NCBI GenBank assembly: GCA_032249235.1
Contig: JAVVGF010000004.1
Coordinates: 1-64,000 of the forward strand
Direction: 5' to 3'
Source: Thermoproteota archaeon
GTDB lineage: Archaea > Thermoproteota > Thermoprotei > Gearchaeales > Gearchaeaceae
DNA length: 64,000 bases
How positions within the stretch are numbered: the first letter of the stretch is position 1; each line of letters begins with the position of its first letter. Positions 30,946 to 40,712 of this stretch are shown one piece after another. The translations under genes were made by a program, and so were the position numbers. The notes under the pieces were generated by a model. It was given only the letters and a program-made list of their open reading frames with translations. It was not told the origin of the DNA and searched no databases.

Positions 30946-31798
30946 TTTTTCAAATTTCGCTTTTAATTATTTATATTTTCTTTTTTTATTAGTTTTCTTA
31001 TCAAGCTTATTTTCTTTTTATCTTCGTTATACCAACATAACTGAACCAATTAAAAGCATTGTAGCTACACAAGAAATTCCTAGAGCAGTAGATCAAACTT
31101 TAATTTTTTTATTAGCTGTAATAGTTTCCACCCTAATCGTGCTTCTAATTCTCATAAAGAAATATTATTTCTTACTTAGGGTCATTTACATATCTATTTT
31201 CAGTTTGGCTTCCTTCATATTCATTTCTTTGTTTATTCAGCCTCTTCAAGCAAGGTTGAGTTTATTTTCTGAAAATCTTGCTTTTCAACTATCTTTACTT
31301 ATCAATTTCTTCCTTTCAGTATTTTTAATCTATGGAATTTTCTATTCGAAAAATCATATTGTTCAAAATCATTCATTATTAGTATTATCATGTATAATGG
31401 GTTCAATTATAGGAGAAGTGTTACAGCTCATACAATTGATCATATTGCTTTTAGTCTTTGCTATTTATGATATGGTTGCTGTGTTTTTAGGGCCTTTGAA
31501 AAGGATAGCTAAAGAGCTTGAAGACATTGAGCAAAATGTTCAAAAAGATGGAGGAGAAATCTTCACCAGAGGTATGTTCATGAACTTATTAAACATAGAG
31601 ATAGGCGTAGGAGATTTATTGTTATATTCTGCAACAGCAGCGAATCTAAGTTTACTGGGTGCTACGGGCATAATGTATTCAATTATAGCAATTGTTATGG
31701 GAAGCGTATTAACTATTATTCTTGCCAGAAAATTCAAAGTATTTCCTGGATTGCCTATTCCTGCTTTCTTAACAATCTTTCTAGTTTTATTTTTCTAA
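30923..31798 (+). CDS. presenilin-like GxGD intramembrane aspartyl protease
   Basis: Multi-TM; YD (AIYDMVAVF), GVGD, PGLP motifs. Confidence 0.88.
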   Translation: MAKNFRFSFSNFAFNYLYFLFLLVFLSSLFSFYLRYTNITEPIKSIVATQEIPRAVDQTLIFLLAVIVSTLIVLLILIKKYYFLLRVIYISIFSLASFIFISLFIQPLQARLSLFSENLAFQLSLLINFFLSVFLIYGIFYSKNHIVQNHSLLVLSCIMGSIIGEVLQLIQLIILLLVFAIYDMVAVFLGPLKRIAKELEDIEQNVQKDGGEIFTRGMFMNLLNIEIGVGDLLLYSATAANLSLLGATGIMYSIIAIVMGSVLTIILARKFKVFPGLPIPAFLTIFLVLFF

Positions 31799-31995
31799 GT
31801 AATGTTTATAATTGGACATTTAACCTGGTCTAAGATTTCTTTAACTTCATCTTGATTCGTTGTTTTGTATGTATATAACATTCTTTTAGTTCTCAACTTT
31901 ATTTTGACATGGTCTTTATTCTGTTTAACTCTGCATTCTACCGCTAAGGGTAATAGTTTTATGAATTCTTCTTTGTTTTTTATTTCTTTTGGCAT
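31795..31995 (-). CDS. rpl38e: 50S ribosomal protein L38e
   Basis: MPKEI....EF, KIKLRTKR.LYT. Confidence 0.92.
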   Translation of the reverse strand: MPKEIKNKEEFIKLLPLAVECRVKQNKDHVKIKLRTKRMLYTYKTTNQDEVKEILDQVKCPIINIT

Positions 31996-32033
31996 GGATA
32001 TTCTTTAAAAATAAGGGTTATTAAAGCTTGACA

Positions 32034-32107
32034 TGGGCCGGCCCGGATTTGAACCGGGGACCTTTACCGCGTCAGGGTAACATCCTTCCAGGCTAGACGA
32101 CCGGCCC
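32034..32107 (-). tRNA. tRNA-Val(GAC)
   Basis: GGGCCGG/CCGGCCC acceptor stem; TTACC-CTGACGC-GGTAA anticodon arm. Confidence 0.94.
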
Positions 32108-32117
32108 ATAGAAAACA

Positions 32118-32189
32118 TGGACCGGGAGGGATTCGAACCCTCGACCTTCCGCACGCCAAGCGGACATTCTACCACTGAACTACCGGCCC
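32118..32189 (-). tRNA. tRNA-Ala(GGC)
   Basis: G3-U70 pair in GGGCCGG/CCGGTCC; TCCGC-TTGGCGT-GCGGA anticodon arm. Confidence 0.95.
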
Positions 32190-32211
32190 ACCCAAATAAT
32201 TTAGAATGATC

Positions 32212-32379
32212 CTACCTTTTAATTTTATATGTGTATTTATTCATTTTTTTCCTTTTACCATATCCGCAACTAGCACAATACTTTTCTGTCCAATTATAAG
32301 AATGTTTACCGCAACGTCTGCATCTTATATGAGTTGGCCTTTTATTTTTCTTACCGAAGGATGTTGTTCCTTTTGTGAT
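32212..32379 (-). CDS. rpl37e: 50S ribosomal protein L37e (apparent ATC start; absent from the ORF track)
   Basis: Translated by hand: (I/M)[28 protein letters not shown]...CASCGYG. Confidence 0.93.
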   Translation of the reverse strand: MTKGTTSFGKKNKRPTHIRCRRCGKHSYNWTEKYCASCGYGKRKKMNKYTYKIKR

Positions 32380-32385
32380 CTTAAC

Positions 32386-32607
32386 TCACCCTATAGGAGA
32401 TATCATAATTACATTATCTCCTCTTATAATAAGCGTTCCTAGTTTCTTAGTATTCCCATCTTTTCCTATTTCTTCAGAATCTTGCAAAATTAAATTCATA
32501 TGCACATCGAAACTTTTAAGTATTCCTCTGATTTCTCTTCCTCCTTTTAGCTTTATTAAAACCGGTTGCTTCATTACAGATTGCAAAAATTCTTGTGATG
32601 CTGACAT
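32386..32607 (-). CDS. Lsm/Sm-like protein (SmAP1)
   Basis: G.L.SFD.HMNL.L, IRGDNV; conserved linkage to L37e. Confidence 0.95.
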   Translation of the reverse strand: MSASQEFLQSVMKQPVLIKLKGGREIRGILKSFDVHMNLILQDSEEIGKDGNTKKLGTLIIRGDNVIMISPIG

Positions 32608-32640
32608 TTTCTAAAATACTATTTACTTTCATATATAAAC

Positions 32641-33159
32641 ATGTTGTTATTGATTATGGAGTATTTGAAAAAAAGATATTTCGTTAGCAGTAGCGAGAGT
32701 AGAGAAATGATTCGGAAAGCTTTTTCCCAAGGATTTTTGTCGAAAACTAAATACGAGAAAGTTGAAATATTGGAATTAAAGAACGAAGATAAAATAATTT
32801 TGCTCGACGACATGCCTTTATTGATATTGGTTAATAACTTAATCATTCCTAGCTTATTCAATGCTAATATAAAAAAGCTACCTTTTTTTAAAGTTGATGC
32901 AGGCGCAGTTCCTCATATATTAAACGGTGCAGATGTTATGGCACCTGGAATAACTCAATATCCTAACGAAATAAATGAAGGTATGATAGTTTCAGTTAAA
33001 AGTGAAAATGACGATTTCCTATGTATTGCAAAAGTTTTAGATTCTGCATTAGAGAAAATTAAACTAAAAAAAGGTAAAGTTCTCAGCAATCTCCATTATA
33101 AAAATGATAAATATTATGAAATATGCATTCAAGTTCTAAAGAAATCACTTAAAAAATAA
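32641..33159 (+). CDS. DUF1947/PUA RNA-binding protein (MCT-1/Tma20-like)
   Basis: VDAGAVPHILNGADVMAPGI, KGK...NLHY..D. Confidence 0.9.
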   Translation: MLLLIMEYLKKRYFVSSSESREMIRKAFSQGFLSKTKYEKVEILELKNEDKIILLDDMPLLILVNNLIIPSLFNANIKKLPFFKVDAGAVPHILNGADVMAPGITQYPNEINEGMIVSVKSENDDFLCIAKVLDSALEKIKLKKGKVLSNLHYKNDKYYEICIQVLKKSLKK

Positions 33160-35064
33160 TTATCGTAATCTGATCGTTTCTCCAATATCTGGTATATAAG
33201 TAGGTATACGTAATTCGCTTCTAATCGCCTGTTGAAGAGCTGACAGCTTGGAAGGTTCTCCATGCACTAAGAAAATATTTCTTGGCCTATTTGGCAATTT
33301 CCTGATGTATTCAAGAAGCTGAATTCGATCCGAATGGCCTGAAAATCCTTCAGCCGAATATACTCGCATATTAACTTTTACAGTAACTTCACCCCTTTCT
33401 GTAGGTACTAATACTTCCTTTTCTCCATCTTTTACTCTTCTTCCAAGTGTACCTTGTGCTTGATAACTAGTAAATATTATTGAGTTTCGTTCATCCTCGG
33501 CAAGCAATCTGAAATATTCCATAACAGGTCCTCCTGTAAGCATTCCAGAGGTTGCTATAATTATGCATGGGCCTGCTTCCAATATTTCTTCTCTTACGCT
33601 TGTATCTTTTATCAACTCAAAATACCTTGAAGTGAAAGGATTTCCTTCTTGTAATTTTCTTCTAACTTCGATAGATAGCTCATCTACGAATTTTGTATGA
33701 ATTGCAGATGTTTCATGAATCATTCCTTCTACAAAGACTGGTATTCTTGGTAATTGCCCATTTTCAAATGCATCATATAATATTAAAAGTATTTCTTGAG
33801 CTCTACCTACTGCAAGCATAGGCATTAGAACTTTTCCATTTCTTTCTAGCGTTCCTTTAATCATTTCGATAAGAGAATTTATAGCCTCAGTTCTACTTGG
33901 CATTATGTCCTCGTTTCCACCATATGTGCCTTCCATGATAACTGTATCATTTCTTTTAAAATTAAAGAAGGCAGGATCGAGTAGTCTATTTTTTTCTTTT
34001 ATATCGAACTTAAAATCACCTGTATATACCAAGTTAAAATATCCTTCTCCGAAATGCAAATGCGCTATGGCTGAACCTAAAATGTGACCTGCATTGTATA
34101 GTGTTAGCTTCACATCAGGAGCTATATCAGCAACTTCACCATATTCCAAGGTAATAGTGTGTGCTAAGAGCGTTGTTAGATCGGAGAAGCTGTAAGGTAA
34201 TGTTAAGCCAGATTTCTGTCTTATGTTTAGATAGTCTGAAATAATCAATGTCATTAAGTATTTAGTAGGTTCAGTCATGTAAACTGGTCCTCTATAACCG
34301 TATTTGAACAAATAAGGTAATGCAGCACAATGATCGAAATGTGCATGAGTCAAAATTATACATTCAATCCTATCAATATCGTCAATAAGTTGAAGCATCG
34401 GGAATTCATCTCTCACAGATCTTGAACCTGGCTTTAATCCTGCATCTAGAAGAATATCACCTTCATCAGTCGATATTAAAAATGAGCTTCTTCCTACTTC
34501 ATTCGCTGCGCCTAGAGATGTAATCCTTATCATTTCAACATCCTTTATCTTTTCTCTGTTTATCCTCATACCAACGAGGTCTAAGAATTCATTTCTAATT
34601 TCTGCATTACTTCTCTCTAAGAGATCTACAGTTTTTATAATGCTAGAATCTATAGCTGGCTTACGATGAATTACTACTCTCCATTTTATTGTGTTTATTA
34701 ATTCCCATACTGTTGAATCCCCTCTACCTTTAATTAGTGCAGGTTCGTGTGTATAAATATGAACCTCACCTTTTCTATCGTCAAAATAAACTTCATTAAT
34801 GTCTACTTTTGCGTTTTCAGGAACAATCTTCTTTATCATTTCTTTAGCTTTTTCTTTATCCAATCTAATTTCAGGAGCGGGTCTGATTATTACTTTTTTC
34901 TTCAGGGCTTTAGCTAGTTTAGGTATTACTCCAGATTCGCCTGTTAGTAAAGAAATGTCATCCGTATAAATGCAAAGAAATGGACCTTCGTATTCAATCT
35001 TTTTGACGTGATCATGCGGTAATATTTCAAAGACGGAATATAGTCTCTCTTTTAGTTCCATCAA
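33160..35064 (-). CDS. fttA: aCPSF1/FttA KH-beta-CASP ribonuclease (transcription termination factor)
   Basis: N-terminal KH domains (EYEGP), EVGRS, THAHFDH, AGHILGS, FSGHSD, VHGE; next to proteasome beta. Confidence 0.95.
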   Translation of the reverse strand: MMELKERLYSVFEILPHDHVKKIEYEGPFLCIYTDDISLLTGESGVIPKLAKALKKKVIIRPAPEIRLDKEKAKEMIKKIVPENAKVDINEVYFDDRKGEVHIYTHEPALIKGRGDSTVWELINTIKWRVVIHRKPAIDSSIIKTVDLLERSNAEIRNEFLDLVGMRINREKIKDVEMIRITSLGAANEVGRSSFLISTDEGDILLDAGLKPGSRSVRDEFPMLQLIDDIDRIECIILTHAHFDHCAALPYLFKYGYRGPVYMTEPTKYLMTLIISDYLNIRQKSGLTLPYSFSDLTTLLAHTITLEYGEVADIAPDVKLTLYNAGHILGSAIAHLHFGEGYFNLVYTGDFKFDIKEKNRLLDPAFFNFKRNDTVIMEGTYGGNEDIMPSRTEAINSLIEMIKGTLERNGKVLMPMLAVGRAQEILLILYDAFENGQLPRIPVFVEGMIHETSAIHTKFVDELSIEVRRKLQEGNPFTSRYFELIKDTSVREEILEAGPCIIIATSGMLTGGPVMEYFRLLAEDERNSIIFTSYQAQGTLGRRVKDGEKEVLVPTERGEVTVKVNMRVYSAEGFSGHSDRIQLLEYIRKLPNRPRNIFLVHGEPSKLSALQQAIRSELRIPTYIPDIGETIRLR

Positions 35065-35717
35065 TGAATGCTAGGCATGAATTTAGCTAATTCTTGTGGA
35101 GTCAAATAAACTACGCCTTTTTCGCTTACATATGCAACATCAATTCCTTCTCCTGTAAATAAATCCCATTTTAGTGAGCTTTGAATTGCTTCCAATGCAA
35201 TTTTTATTCCTTCTTGAATCGAAATATCAGGGCTGTACTTAGATTCGAGAACGCCTAAAGCATAAGGAGAGCCTGAGCCTCTACTTATGTACTTCTCAAC
35301 TGTGAGAGAGCCTAGCAAGTCAATTGTGCATAACGTAGGTCCTTTTGAATCATATCCTCCTAGTATTAATTCTGTATAATAAGGAAAAGCTCTTGAGCTA
35401 TACATTAGTATAGCTGCGAAATTGGCAATGCTCAATGTTGATATGGGCCTATTATTCGATAATTTGTATAGCTTTGAATGAGCTCTAAGCTGATCAATAA
35501 CGAATTGGGCATCTGCAACAGCCCCTGCAATAGCAGCGATTAGATGATCATCGATTTGTAATATTTTCTTACCCACCTTATGCGCTACTTTCATATTATA
35601 GGCATCAGAAACCCTTCTGTCAGCTGCGAGTACTACTCCATCTTTGCATACTAATCCTACTGTTGTAGTACCGATGTATCTTACGGGAAATTTATTTTCC
35701 AACAACTTCACCCTCAA
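35061..35717 (-). CDS. psmB: proteasome beta subunit (catalytic)
   Basis: Propeptide followed by GTTTVG, AADRR, GSGS. Confidence 0.95.
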   Translation of the reverse strand: MRVKLLENKFPVRYIGTTTVGLVCKDGVVLAADRRVSDAYNMKVAHKVGKKILQIDDHLIAAIAGAVADAQFVIDQLRAHSKLYKLSNNRPISTLSIANFAAILMYSSRAFPYYTELILGGYDSKGPTLCTIDLLGSLTVEKYISRGSGSPYALGVLESKYSPDISIQEGIKIALEAIQSSLKWDLFTGEGIDVAYVSEKGVVYLTPQELAKFMPSIH

Positions 35718-35757
35718 AAGCTATTAAATAACTCTCGTTTCTATTATAAAAAGTTAG

Positions 35758-36498
35758 TTATGGATTCAAAATCCTTTCTTTAAGCTCTTTAGGCTTTTCT
35801 CTCTCTATTATGAATGTAATTTTATTATATTGAGGGAAAATTTCCTCTATATCACTTAATCCGAGTTTTAAAGCCTGAGCTAAGTTTATATTATCTAAAA
35901 CACCCGCATTAAATTTAATACTAACCGTTTCTTCGCTTAATTCAACGTTTATTTCATTTCTATTAATTGGTTTTATCCTTTGATAGAGTAGCTCAATGAT
36001 TTTTTCTTTTGGATCTTCTATTTTCTTGACTATTTGTAATTTGCACAAAAGAGTTTTTCCAGCCAAAGGATGATTGAAATCAACGATAGCCCTACCGCTA
36101 CTTACGCTAATAACTGTTCCTTCATTTTCCCTAAATTTAATCCTTTGTCCAACCCTGGGGATAATTCCTTCCCTAGCCAATTCCTTTGTATTTATAACAC
36201 GGATTTTTGCAGGATCTTTATTGCCAAAGGCTTTATCCGGAGTAAGTTCTATTAAAATTTCTTTCCCTAATTCTATGCTTCCTATTTTAAGAAGTTCTTC
36301 CTCTAACCCTTTATGAAATCTATTTCTTCCTAATATAACCAAAGCACTTTCATATGATAGATCTTCTCTTGCGAATTTTTCCTTCTTAGCTATTTCTTCG
36401 ATGTTTGTGTCAATAAGTTCATTTGTATCTTTGACCCTTATTTCATAATTAATTAGCACGAAGTCATCTTTTTTTAGCTCTATTTTTGCTTCTCCCAT
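35758..36498 (-). CDS. slyD: long-type FKBP peptidyl-prolyl isomerase
   Basis: IDT, P.KAFG.KDP, GR.IVDFNHPLAGK. Confidence 0.93.
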   Translation of the reverse strand: MGEAKIELKKDDFVLINYEIRVKDTNELIDTNIEEIAKKEKFAREDLSYESALVILGRNRFHKGLEEELLKIGSIELGKEILIELTPDKAFGNKDPAKIRVINTKELAREGIIPRVGQRIKFRENEGTVISVSSGRAIVDFNHPLAGKTLLCKLQIVKKIEDPKEKIIELLYQRIKPINRNEINVELSEETVSIKFNAGVLDNINLAQALKLGLSDIEEIFPQYNKITFIIEREKPKELKERILNP

Positions 36499-36522
36499 AA
36501 TCAAGGAATTTAGTTATACTCT

Positions 36523-37026
36523 TTATATTTTTAGCATTTCAGGATAAGTAAGAGTCAAAGCTTCTTCCATTTTTATATTTAAATTGGAAAGCAATTCTCT
36601 TGCTTTTTCCTCATCTTTAAATTCGATTTCTAAGAATTTTCCTAAATTTTCAACCTCATCGATCGCTATTTTTATCTCATTTAATATGTATTCAGTTCTA
36701 ATTTTGATTACTCTTATCGATTCTTTATAGCCTAATTCTGCTAATATACGTAGCAGTTTTTTTACTTGTCTCTTTTTCAATTTCAGTTCTTCTTCCTTCC
36801 TCACTTTTGGTATTCTTCTATGAATTTTTCCCTTAAAAGTTAAATAATATGTATTGTCTTCTTTTCTTAATCTTAATGCTTTCCCTTCATTGAATAGTTT
36901 TAATTCTTTAGAATCTAGATAGATATCCTCTTGTATTTTCTGGCTTATCTTTTTGGCACCTAAATTTTCAATTATTTTTTCTATATTAGCATTATAAATT
37001 CTAAATTTCAATTCTTTTTCAATCAT
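36523..37026 (-). CDS. cyaB: CYTH / class IV adenylate cyclase-like triphosphatase
   Basis: EKELKF, QEDIY, LRLR, LTFKG, D.V..LG.FLEIE. Confidence 0.9.
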   Translation of the reverse strand: MIEKELKFRIYNANIEKIIENLGAKKISQKIQEDIYLDSKELKLFNEGKALRLRKEDNTYYLTFKGKIHRRIPKVRKEEELKLKKRQVKKLLRILAELGYKESIRVIKIRTEYILNEIKIAIDEVENLGKFLEIEFKDEEKARELLSNLNIKMEEALTLTYPEMLKI

Positions 37027-37101
37027 TCAAATCACTTCCTTAATTTATCATCTCAAAAATTTAATATAGCAAAATAATTTGTATTTGAATAAAGGCACTG
37101 T

Positions 37102-38190
37102 TTAATACTTTAGGATTGTTTGTTTAAGCGCTTCAGTTGTTATCTTAACAATTTCTTCATTTATTATTCCCATGCAACCTATTCTGATTACTTTTTCACT
37201 TAAAGGTCCGAAACCTTTAGCTATTTCTATGTTGTGTTCTTTCCTCATTTTTTCAACTATCTCGCTCGATTTGATTGATGAAGGAGCTTTGAGCGCAATA
37301 ACGGTGATTGATTTTGCGTATTCCTTAGGAAATATTTCTAAGCCTATTTTATTTGCGAAATTATAGAACATTTCAGCACATTTCTTATGTCTTAGAAATA
37401 CATTATCCAAGCCTTCTTCTTTTATTTTTTTCAAGGCAACTTTAAGAGCATAAAATAGAGGAAGAGCAGGAGTGAAAGGTGTTTCCTTTTTTTCATGGAA
37501 TTTAAGATAGGCTTTTAAATCGAAATAGCCTACGTTGTTTATTTCTTTATTTTTCTTTATTGCATCATTTGAAACAGATACAAAAGCTAAGCCTGGAGGA
37601 CAGGCTAAACATTTTTGGCTACCTGTAATGTGGACATCTATTCCCAATTTATCAGTAGGGATGTCTACACCACCTAAAGCAGATACAGAATCTACAATAG
37701 TTAAAATTCCTTTACTTTTAGCCAATTCCATTATCTTTTTTAATTCCCAAACACATGCACCTGTAGATGTTTCATTAAAAACTAAAGCCAATACAGTTGC
37801 ATTAGGATTTTTTTCAATCACTTCTTCTACATCGTTTGCTTTTATGGTATCGCCTAAATCTTTTGATATTTTTATAATTTCTGCTCCAGTAGCGTTAATT
37901 CTTTCAAACAATCTTTCTCCAAATTCTCCTGTCGAACATGCAATTACTTTGTCTTTTTTAGTTATGAAGTTTGTAACTGCAAATTCCACAGCTCCCGTTC
38001 CTGAAGAGGAGAGCAAGGCAATGAAATTCTCTGTTTGAAAAACATAACGAAGAAGTCCTTGTATTTCGTCATATAATTCATGGAATTCATTCCCTCTATG
38101 ATTAATCACCGAATATTTCATCGCTTCCAAAACATCTTCAGCGACATTAGTCGGTCCAGGAAGCATTATTAACCGCTTATTCATATTCAT
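37102..38190 (-). CDS. class V PLP aminotransferase (serine-pyruvate/aspartate type)
   Basis: LPGPT, HR..EF, NETSTG, VDSVS, GSQKCLACPPGL, TPFTP. Confidence 0.92.
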   Translation of the reverse strand: MNMNKRLIMLPGPTNVAEDVLEAMKYSVINHRGNEFHELYDEIQGLLRYVFQTENFIALLSSSGTGAVEFAVTNFITKKDKVIACSTGEFGERLFERINATGAEIIKISKDLGDTIKANDVEEVIEKNPNATVLALVFNETSTGACVWELKKIMELAKSKGILTIVDSVSALGGVDIPTDKLGIDVHITGSQKCLACPPGLAFVSVSNDAIKKNKEINNVGYFDLKAYLKFHEKKETPFTPALPLFYALKVALKKIKEEGLDNVFLRHKKCAEMFYNFANKIGLEIFPKEYAKSITVIALKAPSSIKSSEIVEKMRKEHNIEIAKGFGPLSEKVIRIGCMGIINEEIVKITTEALKQTILKY

Positions 38191-38219
38191 GCAATTAAAT
38201 AGAACCTCAACTTATATAA

Positions 38220-39029
38220 TTGCATGTGATATGTATACTTTCTGACTATGGAACTGAAAGCGTATATGTTGCGGAGTTAATAGGAGCTATAAAGAAGATC
38301 AATCCCGATGCTGAAGTATTATCACTTACGAATAACATTAGTAGGCAAAACATATTTGAGGGCGCTTTTATATTAAAAAACATAGCTAAGGAATATCCAC
38401 AAGGCTCCATTTTCATATGCATCGTAGATCCTGGTGTTGGAACGCAGCGTGCCCCAATAATTATCGAAACTTTTAAACATGTTTTCATAGGTCCTGATAA
38501 CGGTTTATTATATCTAGTAGCGAAAGAAGAAGGTATCAACGATGTTTATATCATCGATACTAACTTGTTACCTGAAAGGAAAATATCGAAGACTTTTCAT
38601 GGTAGAGATATTTTTGCAATAGTTGCAGCTATCTTGAGCTTAGGTTATAAGCCAAGCTTGATAGGTCATAAGATTGAACGAATTGAAAAAATAGAAATAC
38701 CAGCAGCTTTAATCAAAAATTCCAGTATTGAAGGTAAAATCATTTATATTGATGGATTCGGAAATCTAATTACGAATATAAGCATTGATGATATTCGTTT
38801 AGCTGATTTTGAAAGAGAGAAAGAACTTGAGGTCATATTTAAAGATAGAGAATTGACCTTTACTTTGCCTTTTAAAGAAGTTTATGCTGAAGTAGATGAA
38901 GGAAAACCTTTATTGCTAATAGATAGTTTCGATTTGCTAGAAATAGCGGTAAATAAAGGTAATGCTAGAGAATATTTTTCTGCACATATTATGGAAGACA
39001 TCGTCATAAGAAAGAAACAATGGAAATAA
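38220..39029 (+). CDS. SAM hydroxide adenosyltransferase (DUF62)
   Basis: SDYG, VDPGVGT.R, GPDNG, TFHGRDIFA, IDGFGNL.TN. Confidence 0.93.
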   Translation: MHVICILSDYGTESVYVAELIGAIKKINPDAEVLSLTNNISRQNIFEGAFILKNIAKEYPQGSIFICIVDPGVGTQRAPIIIETFKHVFIGPDNGLLYLVAKEEGINDVYIIDTNLLPERKISKTFHGRDIFAIVAAILSLGYKPSLIGHKIERIEKIEIPAALIKNSSIEGKIIYIDGFGNLITNISIDDIRLADFEREKELEVIFKDRELTFTLPFKEVYAEVDEGKPLLLIDSFDLLEIAVNKGNAREYFSAHIMEDIVIRKKQWK

Positions 39030-40075
39030 TCGATGGTAGCTTCGGTGAAGGCGGTGGACAAATATTAAGAACTGCAATTGCTATCTCTGCTTTAAGCGGT
39101 AAACCAATTAAGGTAATTAATATAAGGTCTAAAAGGGAAAACCCAGGATTAAGGCCTCAGCATTTGCTTGCAGTCAAAGCATTAGCTATGCTATGCAATG
39201 CAAAAGTGGAAGGTGCTAGCATTAGTTCTAGAGAATTAACTTTCATACCATCAAAAATTAAAGGAGGTAATTATACTTTCGATGTCGGTACTGCTGGCTC
39301 AGTTACCTTAGTATTGCAGGCTTTACTTCCTGTTCTTGTGTTTGCTCAAAATGACAGTTATATTACCATTAAAGGTGGAACATCAGTACCGAAATCTCCT
39401 ACAATTAATTATTTCGAAGATGTTCTTCTTTTTCACTTAAAGAAGATGGGTGTTAATGTGAAAATTACTCTAATAAGACATGGCTTTTATCCTAAAGGAG
39501 GCGGCGTGGTAAATGTTGAGGTAAAAAGTATTGATGAGTTAAAACCATTAAATCTTGAAAAGTTCGGTGAAATAAAAAAGCTTAAATTATATGCTTATTC
39601 AGAGGGTTTACCGTGCCATATCGTTGAAAGAGAAATAGATAAGAGTTTATCTTTGATCAGCGAAAAAGTTGCTAAAGAAGTTATAGAAATAGAGAAACAA
39701 TGCATTAATCCTTCATCATCTAATATAGGTAATTTCTTTTTCATATCCGCATTAGGTTCTAAAGATACTGTTTTAGGATATGATGGAATAGGACAGAAAG
39801 GCTTACCGGCAGAAAAAGTAGCTGAAAAACCGACATTGGAAATGATTCAAAATATATTTGTTTCTAATGCAGCTGTCGACATGTTTGCAGGAGATCAGTT
39901 ACTGATTTGGATGGCCTTAGCTAAAGGTGTTTCTATTATAACTACACATAAGTATACAATGCATGCTTACACCACATTGCATCTCTTAAAGCAGCTATTG
40001 GACATTGATTTTCAAGTCGAAGGTTCTCTTGATAAATTTGCGAGAATAAAAATATACGGAAAATCATTAAAATAA
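39020..40075 (+). CDS. rtcA: RNA 3'-terminal phosphate cyclase
   Basis: IDGS.GEGGGQILR, PGLRPQHL, GTAGS, GFYPKGGG, DQLL, TMH. Confidence 0.93.
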   Translation: MEIIDGSFGEGGGQILRTAIAISALSGKPIKVINIRSKRENPGLRPQHLLAVKALAMLCNAKVEGASISSRELTFIPSKIKGGNYTFDVGTAGSVTLVLQALLPVLVFAQNDSYITIKGGTSVPKSPTINYFEDVLLFHLKKMGVNVKITLIRHGFYPKGGGVVNVEVKSIDELKPLNLEKFGEIKKLKLYAYSEGLPCHIVEREIDKSLSLISEKVAKEVIEIEKQCINPSSSNIGNFFFISALGSKDTVLGYDGIGQKGLPAEKVAEKPTLEMIQNIFVSNAAVDMFAGDQLLIWMALAKGVSIITTHKYTMHAYTTLHLLKQLLDIDFQVEGSLDKFARIKIYGKSLK

Positions 40076-40106
40076 CTTTTAATAGAACTTAATCACAATT
40101 AACTTC

Positions 40107-40712
40107 ATGGCCAATATTCTAGAGCTTACCGGCGCAACAGTAATAGGATTAGTGTATTCGACAGGTGTTATTCTTGCAGGAGAAAAACGCGTTGCTATTG
40201 GCAATTATCTTTTAAGTAAAGGAGGCAAGAAAGTCTTTAAGATAATGGATAATCTAGGAATTGCAAGTGCAGGAATATTAGCGGATATGCAAGCAATTTC
40301 TAAGATCTTCGCTTATGATTTGAAAATGTATGAATTAGAAAATAAACGGCCTCCAACTGTAAGGAGCGCTGCCAAATTATTATCTAATATTCTTTATAGC
40401 AGAAAATACTTTCCGTTTCTTGCTTCCGTTATCGTTGGAGGCATCGATTATACAGGTAAGCATATATTTAGTTTAGATCCTATAGGTTCTTTAATAGAAG
40501 ATAAATATGTATCCTTGGGAAGTGGTTCAGAATTATCTTTAAGTATTCTAGAATCTGAATATTCAGAGGATCTTCCTAAGGATAAAGCTGTAGAGTTAGC
40601 ATATAAATCAGTTAAAATAGCATGTGGAAGAGATGTATTATCTGGCGATGGCGTAGATCTGTTAGTTATCGATGAAAAGGGTACAGAGGAATTATTCCGT
40701 CCTCTCAAATAA
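40107..40712 (+). CDS. psmB: proteasome beta subunit paralog, probably non-catalytic
   Basis: Proteasome beta motifs (K.F.I, G..AD.Q, GSGS) but GATVIG instead of GTTT. Confidence 0.88.
   Translation: MANILELTGATVIGLVYSTGVILAGEKRVAIGNYLLSKGGKKVFKIMDNLGIASAGILADMQAISKIFAYDLKMYELENKRPPTVRSAAKLLSNILYSRKYFPFLASVIVGGIDYTGKHIFSLDPIGSLIEDKYVSLGSGSELSLSILESEYSEDLPKDKAVELAYKSVKIACGRDVLSGDGVDLLVIDEKGTEELFRPLK

Noticed and set aside
32377-32607. Selenocysteine readthrough fusing Lsm to L37e
   Set aside because: The UGA is at the normal Lsm C-terminus, no SECIS-like hairpin is evident, and a well-spaced SD favours re-initiation
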